64,000 nucleotides of DNA. It comes from the human T2T-CHM13v2.0 reference genome, Homo sapiens. A program made the position numbers and the translations under genes. Shown here one piece after another: positions 37,068-50,126 of this stretch (position 1 is the stretch's first letter; each line of letters begins with the position of its first letter). The stretch lies in NCBI RefSeq assembly GCF_009914755.1, contig NC_060931.1; one strand, given 5' to 3'. A model generated the notes under the pieces. That model was not told the DNA's origin. It worked only from the letters and a program-made list of their open reading frames with translations, and made no database searches.

Positions 37068-38101
37068 AATGACTATTTAAAAGACGGATTAATTGCAAGC
37101 ATTGGTTAGGATTTGGAGGACCTGGAACTCTCAGACATTTTTAGGAATATAAAGTGGTACATCCACTTTGGAAAACACTTTGCTAGTTTCTCAAAAAGGT
37201 AAACAGAAATTTAGCATACAACCCAACAATTTCATTCTTAAAAGTCTGTACAAGAAAAATGAAAACACATGTCTACATTGAGACTTATACACAAATGTTT
37301 ATCGCAGCATCATTCAAACTTAATCCGTAAATGTATGCATGTGCTTTGCTTCATCAACTATCATTTTCCTCTCCTTGGGCTTCCTTATTTCCTGAGACAC
37401 AATAATAGTGAAATAGGCCAACTAATACTCCTACAGTGACCTCTTAAGTGTTCAAATGAATGAGAGAGTCATACCTCTCTCACATTCAGTCAAAAGCTAG
37501 GAATGATTAAGCTTAGTGAGGAAGGCAAGTAAAAAGCCAGTACAGACCAAAAACTAGGTCTCTTGCACCCAAATAACCAAGCTGTGGATGCAAAGGGAAA
37601 GGTCTTGAAGGAAATAAAAATTCTACTCAAACAAACACAAGAATGATAACAAAGCAAAACAGCATTATTGCTGACACGGAGAAAATTTGAGTGGACTAGA
37701 TAAAAGATCAAACCAGCCACAACATTCCCTTAAGCCAAAGCTTAATCAGAGAAGGGCCCTAATTCTCTTCAATTCTGTGACAGCTGAGAGAGAAGAGGAA
37801 GCTGCAGAAGTAAAGTTTGAAGCCAGCAGACATTGGTTCTGAGGTTTAAGGAAAGAAGCCATATCTATAAAGTGCAAGGTGAAGAAGTACTAAGTGGTGA
37901 TGTAGAAACTGCAGCAAGTGAACTGGAATACCTAGCTGAGATCATTGATGAAAGTGGCTACACTAACAGGTTTTCATTATAGACAAAACAGCTGTACTGT
38001 GGAATAAGATGTTGTCTAGGACTTTCATAGCTGGAGAGAAGTTGATGATGCCTGGCTTCAAAGCTTTAAAGGACAGGCTGACTCTCTTGTTAGGAGCTTG
38101 C

Positions 38102-38409
<308 letters not shown>

Positions 38410-39035
38410 TAAGCCAGTGCTCATTTGCCATTCTGAAAATCCTGGGGATCTTAAAAATTATGCTATGTCTATTGTGCTTGTACTTTATAAAGTGGAAGAA
38501 CAAAGCCTGGATGATATAGCACATCTATTTACAACATGGTTTACTGAATATTTTAAGCCCACTATGGGGACATACTGCTCAAAAAAGGAAAAGATTCTTT
38601 TCAAAATATTACTGCTTATTGACAATTTGCCTGGTCACCCAAAAGCTCCGATGGGGATATAAAAAAAATTAATGTTTTCATGCCTGCTAACACAACATCC
38701 ATTCTGCAGTCCGTGAATCAAGGAGTAATTTCAATCTTCAATTCTTATTATTTAAGAAGTACATTTTGTAAGGCTTACAGGTACCATAGATAATGATTCC
38801 TTTGATGCATCTGGGCAGAGTAAATTGAAAACCTTCTGGAAAGGATTCACCATTCTAGATGCCATTAAGAACATTTGTGATTCATTGGAGGATTTCAAAA
38901 TATCATTAACAGGAGCTTGGAAGAACTTGATTCCACCCTTAATGGATGACTTTGAGGGGTTCAAGACTAGAGTGGAGGAAGTCACTGCAGATGTGGTGGA
39001 AATAGCAAGAGAACTAGAATTAGAAGTGGAACATG

Positions 39036-39146
39036 GGCTGGGTGCAGTGGCTCATGCCTATAATCCCAACACTTTGAGGCTGAGATCACTTAAGCCCAGG
39101 AGTTTGAGACCAGGGCAACATAGCAAGACCCTGTCTCTTTGAAAAA
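39036..39146 (+). mobile_element. FLAM / Alu left monomer within Tigger1
   Basis: TSD tagaagtggaac(a/c)tg on both sides. Confidence 0.88.
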
Positions 39147-39849
39147 TAGAAGTGGAACCTGAAGATGTGACTGATTTGCTGCAATCTGGTGATCAAATTT
39201 GCATGAATGAGGAATTGCTTCTTACGGATGAGCAAAGTAAGTGGTTTCTTAAGTAGGAATGTACTCCTGATGAAGAAGCTGTGAACATTGTTGAAATGAT
39301 AACAAAAGATTTAGAATATTACATAAACCTAGTTGATAAAGAGTGGCAGGGTTTGAGAGGATTGACTCCAATTTTAAAAGAAGTCCTGCGAGTAAAATGC
39401 TATCAAACAGCATCACATGCTACAAAGAAATCTGGTATGAAAGGAAAAGTCAGTCAATTTGGCAAACTTCACTGTTATTTTAAGAAATTACCACAACTGC
39501 CTCTGCCTTCAGCAACCGCCATCCTGATCAGTCAGCTAACATCTACGAGACAAGAGCTTCACCATAAAAAAGATTGTAACTTGCTGAAGACTCAGATGAT
39601 CATTAGCATTTTTTAGCAATAAAGTATTTTAAAATTAAGGTATGTATATTGTTTTTAGACACTACTATTGCACACTTACTAGACTACAGTATAATATAAA
39701 CATAACTTTTATTTGCACTGGGAAACCAAAAAGTTCATGTGACTCACTTCATTGCTATATTTTTTATTTCTTGTGGTGGTCTGGAATCAAACCTGCAATA
39801 TCTTAAAAGTATGCCTTCATTCAACAATGCTGTGGTAAAAAAAAAAAAA

Positions 39850-39960
39850 GCAGCCATAGGCAGTATAGAGTAGGTTTGACTATGTTCCAGTAAAAGTTTA
39901 TTTGCAAAAACATATGACAGGCTAGATATGGCCAGCAGAACATAGCTTGCCAATCCTTGC
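39850..39960. mobile_element. MER58-like fragment (hAT-Charlie)
   Basis: aaagcagccataggca...tgttccagtaaaagtttatttgcaaaaaca. Confidence 0.7.
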
Positions 39961-40421
39961 TAAGTAAAGTCAGATGAGTAAGACTACATGTTATATGATT
40001 ATAGTTTTATCAAAATTGCAGAAAAGGCAAATCTATAGAAAGGAAAAAATGCCTATTATGGTTGCCTGTGACCAGAAAACTGATGATTGACAATAAATAG
40101 AATGAAGGGAAATTTGGGGGGTGATGAAAAAGTCCTAAAATTGGATTGTGATTCTTGTTGTATAAATCTGCAAATTGATTAAAACCTTATGAATTTTACT
40201 ATTAAAATGGATGAAGTTAATGGAATGTAAATTATACTTCAATAAAACTGAAAAAAGGGAATAGGTATAAAAGACTAATGTGATTTTCATGATATTTCAT
40301 GAAGATACTAAATTCTGTATAACAGGCTATAAAAATGAGAGTACATGGGTGAAGACCGAACATGAAAATAGGAAGAATAGTTGTAATAGATGTCAAGAAT
40401 TATAATGTGAGAAAGTCATGA

Positions 40422-40801
<380 letters not shown>

Positions 40802-40873
40802 TGAAATAATGTATCATCATCTTCCTTGACATAGGATCGAATTAAACAGTATTATATCCATTCCTTTTTGTAC

Positions 40874-41175
40874 TTTTTTTTTTTTTTTCTTTTGAGACAG
40901 GGTCTTGCCCTGTCACCAGGCTGGAGTGAAGTGGTGTGATGTCGGCTCACTGCGGCCTCGACCTCCTGGGTTCAAGTGATCCTTCTACCTCTCAGTGTGC
41001 TGAGTATCTGGGACTATAGGCATATGCCACCACACCTGGCTAATTTTTGTATTTTTTGTAGAGACAATTTTTCGGCATGTTGCCCAGGCTGGTCTCAATC
41101 TCCTGGGCTCAAGCAATCATCCAGCCTCTGCCTCTCAAAGTGCTAAAATTACAGGTGTGGGCCACTGTGCCCGGC
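40874..41175 (-). mobile_element. AluJ-like
   Basis: gagacagggtcttgc...ctcctgggctcaagcaat. Confidence 0.92.
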
Positions 41176-41425
41176 ACATCTGTTCTTCATAATTCACATG
41201 TATACTCTCTCTATCAGATAATTTGCTTCAGGATTTCTGATTAAAATGTCAGTAAAAGCACTTGTATATAATTTGCCTCTACTTTGCTCCAAACCTGTAA
41301 GAATGCAATGTGAAAAAATTTAATCATAAGTAAATACATTTTATCTACATTTATGACAAGAAAAATCTCAACAGACCATAGAAATAGAAAAAAAAGTCTT
41401 GGTGATGAGTGGATGTTGATGCTTA

Positions 41426-41970
41426 CAGTAAGTCCTCACTTAATGTTGTCAGTAGATTCTTGGAAACTATGACTTTAAAGGAAATGATGTATAATGAAAC
41501 CACTTTTACCGTAGGCTAATGGACAGAAACAAGAATTAAGTCCTTATGGCATATTTCTGGTTATAAAAACATCACCAGACTTCTAGATAAAGACCAAAAA
41601 ACTTGTAATATTAAACACTGAAACAACTGTGAGCTGGAGGTAAATTTAAGAAAGAGTAATAAAAATATTATTTACCCAACGGTTCCAGTGTAGGGTCATG
41701 AGTGGCTGCAGTGTATCCTGGAAGGTTAGTGCACAGGATGAGAACCAACCCTGGACAGGATGCCATTCCTTCACAAGGCACACTTACAGATGCACCCACA
41801 CTCGCTCAGACTGGGACCATTTAGATACGGCAACATATTTGGGATGTGGGAGGAAACCAGAGTACCCAGAAAAAAGCCATGCAGACGTGGGGAGAGATTG
41901 CAAACTCCACACAGTGGCCCCAGCTGGAATTGGTTGTTTTCAATGAACAATATGATGAAAGGACCTATTG
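41426..41970 (-). mobile_element. MER6A (TcMar-Tigger)
   Basis: TA-flanked; cagtaagtcctcacttaa end; internal ggatgtgggaggaaaccagagtaccc...gcaaactccacacag. Confidence 0.85.
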
Positions 41971-42349
41971 TACAGAAACCTAGGTAATCTTCACGGGAAA
42001 GAGAACCAAAAGTATTCTGCAAATGGCAGGAGATTGGAACTGGGCTCTCTGTATAAAAGTAGGGAACTGGGACCGTGTTTTAGGCAGTGCAACTATACCT
42101 GAAATACTATACCCGAAATAATTCCACCTGACACTGTTGGTATTTTCCTGTGACCCAATGAGGCAGTTATGCAAAAATAGGAATGTAACCCTATAATATA
42201 TGTAGATGTGGCACCTGAATTAGAGCTCTACTTATGAGGGACCAAAGTTCCAGTCTTCTTTATGTTAGACCTACTCTGGAGCTGTGTAACTCCAGAGGTG
42301 TGAGTAACCATGCAACCACACAGCAGGCAGGAGTTCGCAGAGGATAAAA

Positions 42350-43700
42350 CTTCCACATAAGATGAACCTGCAAACAAATATCTTAGGAAACATGTTGCCA
42401 TAAGAGATATCGGACATATTAAGTAGCCTCATTTACATCTGAGGAAATGAGAGTAAGAACCACAATTCCAAAAAAAAAAAACCTTATAAATGTTTAAGAT
42501 GTTCAAATGAAGTCATAATTCACTATGAGAATAGAAGTAAATAAGAACAGGTGGAATGAAAAGGGGCCACTTGCAAATCTTGTAACAAAATTTGATAAAA
42601 TTAAATAAACTGTTGGATGGATTAAAGTCAAGTTGGCATAACGGAAGAGAGAATTCATGAATCAGAACTATCAGCTGGGAATTGAAAGTTAGGATGAATC
42701 AAGTCACGTAGAACATAGAACAAAGAGGTAAAGAGGTTTAAAACATGAAAGAGAAGAGACATGGAAGATATAAACCAAAAATAAAATTCAGAGCCCTCCC
42801 TCAACCATCTGAGTGGACTCCCTCCTCTCGTCCAGGAACTGAAAGTTAACCTGAAAGACTGGTTCAGGCCATTATGGGAAGCAGGGGTGGACATGCCTCT
42901 TTATGCCCTCCTCCCTTTTGGAATTTGGGAAAAACTGACCAGCATTTAACATCAACACAGACCTTAAGTTTGATAAGAAACATTTACAGTCTATTCTCTC
43001 TGAAGCCTGCTATCTGGAGGCTTCTTCTGCATGATAAAAGTTTGGTTTCCATAACTTCTTATCGGAATTCAGACATTCCTTTCTATTGATAATAACTCAG
43101 CCATTTGCCAATCGGAAAATTTTTAAATCTACCTATAACCCAGAAGCCCCTGTCTCGAGTTGTCCTGCCTTTCTGGACTGAACCAATGTATATCTCAAAT
43201 GTATTTGATTGATGCCTCATGTCTCCATAAAATGTATAAAACCAAGCTGTGCCCCAACCACCTTGGCCACATGTTCTCCTCAGGGCTGTGACATGGGCCA
43301 TGGTCACTCATATTTGGCTCAGAATAAATACCTTCAAATACAGAGTTTGACTTTTTTTGTTGACAGAGATAACTGAGTTAGGAACTCCAGAATGTAAGAA
43401 TAGTGCCAGGGAAGAGAAATTTCCCAAGGTTGAAAATTTGTTAGATTTGGAGATGGATGTGTGTCTTCAGATTGAAAAAGTTACCAGTTTCAATGAGGAG
43501 AAACAGAGAGGGGGAAAAAAAAAACCACCTCTAAGTATAGCATAAAGGAACTGTAGATCAATAATACACACGTACACACACATTCTAGCAATTAGGGAAA
43601 AGCATATTACTTACAAAGAAATGACAACCAGGTTATCAATGCATTTATTAGAAATCACAGTTAATGCTCGTATACAATGAAGTTGTGACCATGTTAAGGA
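42350..43700 (+). mobile_element. Diverged L1M ORF1 remnant interrupted by an LTR
   Basis: A-rich ORF1-like motifs on both sides of the LTR (ggaagagagaattcatgaa; gtcttcagattgaaaaag). Confidence 0.5.
42769..43365 (+). mobile_element. MER4A-like solo LTR (ERV1), sense to GLCCI1
   Basis: tataaaccaaaaataaaattc...tgaca ends; TATA-like tataaaa ~43235; AATAAA 43323; 4-bp TSD aaga/gaga. Confidence 0.88.
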
Positions 43701-46700
43701 AATGAATCCAAGTGAAACATCATTTCCCTTTATGAAAAGATTGATTTTCCTCCAGTGCATTGTATTTACTAGAGATTTGCTAACCCAGCCTTTATTTAGA
43801 TTATACACTTGTTTAATTTCTAAACAATTGTACGCGTATACTTTTCCATTGGTTAGATTTGTGTTTCCCTGCTGAAATAACACAATAATTTTAAATTAAT
43901 GTATAAAGCATTAAGTAGGGTTTAAGATGTCTGCTAAGGAAATAAGGATTTAATGAATACTTACCACTTTTTACAACCGTTAATTTGCACCCATTTAGTT
44001 GAGGTAAAAACAAAGACAAGTACATGCTGAAGATAACTTTTTAGCATTCATTATCAGCCTTTGGTGACACTGCATTAGTTTATATAGTGTCAACATGTGC
44101 ATTAACATCAAATGAGTAAGATTGTATGCTCAGTATTGTGTAAAGCATCTACAATTTCAGAAGAAACTTTAGATACAGTCTACTTCTTAAAGAGCTTAAG
44201 AGCTTAATTACATATTAGACAACACAACTAAGACTTTTAAGTGATAATCACAAAAGGACTTTAAATTAGCTCCCACTATCCTTATTCAGTGACAGAAGTT
44301 CTTCTGCCCATGATAGAAAATTAGAATCTGGTCACTCCTAAACTCCTGTGTTCCCTTTAAGTGAGTAAATGCTTTCTTATCTCTTATGATAATCAAAGCT
44401 TACATCTCTTTTTATGTTTACAGCTACTTCCCTTCTCCCAGAGTGTACTGCTGCTGGGTGACTTATCATGGGTGAAGGGATCCCAGGGGCTTCTTTTCTC
44501 TTTCTTGCTCATTTTTTCCCTAACTCAACAGTCTCTATTTCTGACCTCTGTGGAGTTGGAGCTTGGAAAAATGAGGGAAAAGGAAATGGAATAGAAATGT
44601 TCCTACTTGACTGCTACTGTCATAAGAGAGTTTTACTTTTTCTGGGCTTAACAGATTTTTAAAGTTGACTTTCTCTTACATTTTCATGGGTCTTTGGAGA
44701 TCCCCTGTTCTGCACATCTCTTACCTACAGTTATTTCTGGGTTAGTGTATCTCTTACTCTCTCTTAGCCTCTAAAATTCTAGAAATAACCTTCAGCTTCT
44801 CAGCTGCTGAGCTCTATTTCCTCTTCTTGGTGGCCCTCTTAAGAAGGACCTAAAACAACCCTTCATGATGGTTCACACACTCAGATTTCCCAAATGGCTC
44901 CTGAGAAACTCTCACCAATTTTTTTGGGGAGGTGGGGGGGTCTGTTTAATACAGGGAGTTTAGATTTATTCTAATGCAGCAGTAAATCTATATCATCCTA
45001 CCGCACTCTTTTCAGAGTGTGGAGTGTGAGTCAAATACCAGTCCCCTTAATTATGGGGAACATACATGAGTCTTTCCAAGTTGTTCCATTAAAACTCCTC
45101 TCTTTTCATTTGAGGTAAAGCAGGAAGTATACTGTCTTAGGTATTAGATTTGATTTTATCCTACTTGGAACCTCATAAGGTAACCTGTTACTCTTTCATA
45201 GATGCTAGCAGAAGGTATAAGACTCCTGATTTAGAGACAGGTGACTTTATTATTCACAGCACAGCAAGTGTCAAGAACATCAAATTTATGTCAATTCTCC
45301 TGGACCCCAAGTCCCATGGGGAAATGAGGAAGACTCAGATGGATCCTGTACATACAGTAGATCATATTATGGAAGAGGAACACTGAGCTTGGGTAATCCA
45401 CTGCTTTTACAATAAGCAGTAAGCACATTTACCCTTTGTCCCAGAGGGAACGTAAGTAGAACTGTTATATTGTTGTTTTCTTTTTTTGTTTTTGTTTTTA
45501 CTATTCTGGTTTTTATAAACAAAAATTGAAAAAGATAGATTTACTATTCTTTAAGGCACTCAGTGGAAAGAAGAATAAAATCACATGTTGCTTCATTATT
45601 TCACCAGCAAGCCCTCTCATTAGTACGTTATATTTTTTTTAGATGGAACCATCTGAAGGAGTAAAATAAATGATTAGGGATGTTTCTTGCTTCCAGTCAA
45701 AAGTGTTTAATGAGTATTATTGATAGGGTCTCCTTTTTAAAGTAAGACTTCCCTTTAATAAAACTATAGTTTTACTGAGAGGGTACAGTCTGCCCTAACA
45801 TTCTGTTCATTCTTGGTATTTTCAGTACATATTTGTAATGATATTAGGGAAGAACAATTGCAGTAATGGTTTTTCTGGACCTACAAGATAATAGTCTGAA
45901 TATTTTATATTATCTCTTTGAAATCAAAGGAATTATGTTATAAACCTTTTAAAAATACATATATTATTTATCCAGTAAAGTCTCTGTCTAAATTAAATTG
46001 AATCGTAAATATGTTTTATAATGCTTTCATTATCTTTTAAAAACCAGACCCAATAGGAACAGTTTTGAAGGTCACATAAATTGTTTATCAAAAAATATAG
46101 AAACTTACCAGTAAGTTAATATACAGTCATTTAATCGCTTCATTAAATTTTTGTTCATTATTATTTCAGTTTCACGGCTTGTAATATCTCCAGCATCAAG
46201 AAAGGAAGTTATGCAGTGGTTGGTTGAAATTATGAGCCAATAGTTATTTATTGGTAGTTATTTACAGTTGAACATTCACACAGTATTCAGTAGCATCGCT
46301 AGGTAATAGAGGTTACAAATGAAAGCTGTAGAACTGGATTTGCCATTTATTAGCTGTTTCACATTGGGAAGGTACTTTGTTTTTGAGTTTTTCTCATCTG
46401 CAGTATAAATTTGAGGCATCAGATGGATTTGTGAACAGTGTTTTTAAATTTTAGTCTGGTATTAAAATGTCTCTTGACAAATATGGTTTATTAATAGTTG
46501 TAAATACATTTCTATATTAAAACTTATATGTATAAAAATTCTTCCAAAGCTAGCTGTATCTGTAGAGGTGAATCTGGGGGTTCGGGGGTGCGTGGTGTGT
46601 GGAATCTCTGTCTATTCCGGGATCAGTGGGTTTATGTGAAGTCTGCATGTAGGCAAGCATGTCTGTTTGTGGATGGATGTATAGGGGTAGATGTGCTTAC

Positions 46701-46911
46701 AGATGACCCTCCCTGTGTATATGTATTGTGCTTGCACGTATGTATTTTCTTTGTGCATGTTTGTGTGCATGTGTTGAATGAAGAGCAGTTTGTTCATCAG
46801 GGTTTGCTTACTGACACTTTAAAGAAAAACAGGAAAACAACAGTGATTATTCATATTTATAGGAAGGCAGAAGTTTAAAATTTTTATTTTTAGAAGTTTG
46901 AGATTTTTGTT

Positions 46912-46965
46912 GAGGGATATAATATATAAAATTTATATGTAGAGGGATATAATATATAAAATTTA
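46912..46965. repeat. 24-nt direct repeat, 30-nt period
   Basis: gagggatataatatataaaattta at 46912 and 46942. Confidence 0.9.
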
Positions 46966-47242
46966 CTTTTAACTAGACTATAGACCTTTCTTTTGGGACA
47001 TGTGATCTTTATAAACATTAAAGTTTGTCGTATATTTCCCATTTTATAAAGAAGAGATTAACAGCTTGAGATTCATGATTTTTCAAACTATATTTTCAGA
47101 AAAAGTACTTGAGTTAATATCTTCAGTGATTGTTTTAGGGAAGGAGTTATCTCAGTTCAGCCTTTGTCACCTTTTCCATTCCCATTTGTCTGTAATTTTT
47201 GTAAGATTTATCTCCTTGTGAGTTGTTAACTTCATTCTTCAG

Positions 47243-47493
47243 TCAGTATAGAATGGTGATGAAGAGAGCAGAATGTGGAATTCCACTTACTGAGTCCAAA
47301 CACTTGTTTACCACTTAACAATGTGACTTTTAGCAATATATTTTTTTAACCTTTCTACCTGTATTTCTTCACCTTTAAAATAATAATAATAGTACCTATC
47401 TCATGTGCTTTTGTTGAAAAATAAATGAGATAATTCATATAAAAGCAAGTAGCAGAGTGCCTTCTACAATGCTAGTACTCAGTAAATAATTAG
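47243..47493 (+). mobile_element. MIR (near full length)
   Basis: tgtgacttttagcaa...aataatagtacctatctcat...aaatgagataat...gtactcagtaaat. Confidence 0.8.
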
Positions 47494-48109
47494 ATAGGCA
47501 AATTTTAATGATGCTTTTTTATTGTTAATTGACACAGTCATCAAACTGGCCTATAATTACTCTTAATAATTGCTGGAAAGAATATGTTATTAGGCAGAAT
47601 GTGCATCATCAGAGCATTTTCAGCATGTTGAATTATAATTTGTTTAAAATTGTATTACTGGCATTTGGCAAAGCATAAATTTCTATTATAGGAATATCCC
47701 TTTACATAAAGAGGGTGTGTTCTAATGTCCGTTGTTAGAAATGTCATTAGCAGAAATAGACATCATAGTTGTGTATTTGCAGAGGTCTTCTATTTTCCGG
47801 TAGCTCATTCCTCTTTGCCATGCAAGGCAGGAAGCATAGCTCCCCAGCCCTCTTGAATAATCAGCATGATTTCCTCTTCTGTTAGTACTATTTCCTACTA
47901 AGAACCTTAGAACCTAATTACAGCCTTGGGCATGTCATTCATTTCTGCATCCAGGTAACTGAATTAAGAATTTTTGCCTCTTTTGAGTCAGGTTACTGCT
48001 TTCTGCTCTTCAGCTGTTACCTTGAGTGACTTAGTATTGAGGATATAAGCACTTCCCCCAGAAAATCTTATGTGGTGAAGGCTACTATGTTAAAATAAAA
48101 GAACACCCT

Positions 48110-48440
48110 TCACCCCCAGCAGTGGAAGGAGAGTTCCAGTTGTTTCACGTCTTAGTCATCATTTGGTTTTGTCATCTTTTAAGTTAAGTTTAGACCTTAT
48201 GATGGGTGTTAATTTATATTTCCCTCATTAGAATGATGTTGAGCACCTTTTTTATGCATATTGACCATTTGGATATTCTCTTTGGCTAAGTACCTGTTCA
48301 AGTCTTTTGCCTACTATTAGACTTTTTCTTACTGCTTTGTAGGTGTTCTTTACATATTGTGGATATGAATTCTTTGGTGGATATATGTGTTGTAAATATA
48401 TTTTCCCAGTTTATGATGTGCCTTTTTATTCTAATGGTAT
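48110..48440 (-). mobile_element. L1M ORF2 3' fragment
   Basis: gatgttgagcacctttt...ccatttggatattc...tacctgttcaagtcttttgcc. Confidence 0.65.
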
Positions 48441-49510
48441 CTCTGTCTTCTTTTTCAAAGATGAAAAGAATTATAGCTATTACTTTTGGTTCCTGTTAAA
48501 AAGGATTTTAGCTTTAGTCACCTTGTCCTGGGCAGGTACTACCCTATAGGTCACCTTTGTGTGAATTAGATAAAAGCACCCCCTCTTAAGTAGATGTAGC
48601 CCCATTAGCATAAGATTTTTTTTTTTAAAGGGCAGTGTCTTTCAGTGAAGGAAAAGGCTTCTTTCAGGTAGCCTGAGTATTCTGCTAAGGCTACAGCTTG
48701 CTGAGTAGAGCTTGGTCTAGCCTGGATTTACCCCTCAGTCTGGTGCCTTAATGCTTGCTCAGCACTCAAACCGCAAACCAAAGATGGCACCCTAGGGCAG
48801 GTTATCTTTAAATATTCAGAGTTTCTAACTATTGAATACAAATTATTACAGTTTATGGATTGAATTTTCTTTTTTCAAAAGGTTGTTCTTAAGTTGTGGG
48901 GAGCTGACTTCCAAAATTAATTTCCTAGTTTTGAGTTGGTTATGGCTTAAAAGTTTAGTTATCAGTTAGATGTCTCACACCCAGGATATATTTGTCCCAC
49001 TGAAACACTGTTCTGTGGAATCTTGGTTATAAACCAACATATAGTAGTGGGATAGAGAGACCTTAACTACTGTGTGTAATGGGTGGTCTTTCTGTAGCAA
49101 ATATTGTTCAGCAGTCTGCCTTGGGGCAGGAGTGGCATACTTCCCACATTGTCCTAACATTAGAAATAAGAATTACTTCACTTTCCAGCTACCTCTGATG
49201 GTTGTGCTTGTATCGCGGTGCAGTGGTACCTGTGGATAAGAAGGATGAACTGAGGACACCAGGTCTCTTGCTAGTGATAATCTATAACATTTTTCCTGGT
49301 TTTAGGCTTGCTCCTTCTCTTTTTTTCTTCCCAAAGCCCCCAAATCCTGCTTCCTTTCTCACTGCCATCCCTTAGTCCTTTAAGTTAAGATTTCCCATTT
49401 CCCTGCTCTATGGTGGAATAGAATTCATTCTGAGAAAGATTTCTGTCTTCTTCAGTCCTTGAGGCAAAAGTGCACAACCAGTCTTTTGAGGATAAGGGTT
49501 TTGGTTTTGT

Positions 49511-49542
<32 letters not shown>

Positions 49543-49782
49543 TGCAAATGTTAACAGTAGTGGGGGAAATAATCAGGACAAAAATAGCAAGTAAACAGAT
49601 GATGTTACTAAGTTTTCAAAAAATGTGTTTCTGGTTCTCAGATGTTAAGTAAGGCCAGTTTCTGTTTTTTCTTCATTTAATTGCATAAATGCTTTAATCT
49701 TCTCTTGGTGACTATGCTTATTACTCTCTCTATAGTTATTATTTATTCCTTGTGACCCAGGATCACTTACTTATTTCCTACC

Positions 49783-50126
49783 TTTTCATGGTTTTGTTTT
49801 GTTTTTTTTTGTTTTCGTTTTTTTTTTTGTTTGTTTGTTTGTTTTGAGACAGTCTCGCACTGTCGCCCAGGTTGGAGTGCAGTGGTGGGATCTTGGCTCA
49901 CTGCAACCTCCCCCTCCAGGTTCAAGCAATTCTTTTGCCTCAGCCTCCCAAGTAGCTGGGATTACAGGCCCACACCACCACGTCTGGCTAATTTTTGTAT
50001 TTTTTTTTTTTTTTTTAGCAGAGATGGGGTTTCGCCATGTTGGCCAGGCTGGTCTTCAACTGCTGATCCACCTGCCTCAGCCTCCCAGAGTGCTGGGATT
50101 ACAGGTGTGAGCCACTGCACCCAGCT
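49783..50126 (-). mobile_element. AluSx-like with (GTTT)n-type tail
   Basis: Full body; TSD-like acttatt(t/c)ccta. Confidence 0.93.

Noticed and set aside
38417-39616. Transposase-like ORFs suggesting a domesticated TIGD-type gene
   Set aside because: Tigger1 copy broken by two Alu insertions, stops and frameshifts.
44300-45450. Possible ancient LTR fragments
   Set aside because: Too degenerate to assign by eye; needs a Dfam search.
45782-45809. Glucocorticoid response element-like GGTACAgtcTGCCCT with an adjacent TGTTC half-site
   Set aside because: Mismatches in the core half-site and expected by chance. I found no canonical GnACAnnnTGTnC by eye, but the scan was not exhaustive; a PWM scan plus NR3C1 ChIP-seq would decide.
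46528-46878. 116-aa Cys/Val-rich ORF
   Set aside because: Arises from TG-rich low-complexity sequence; no homology or exon support.
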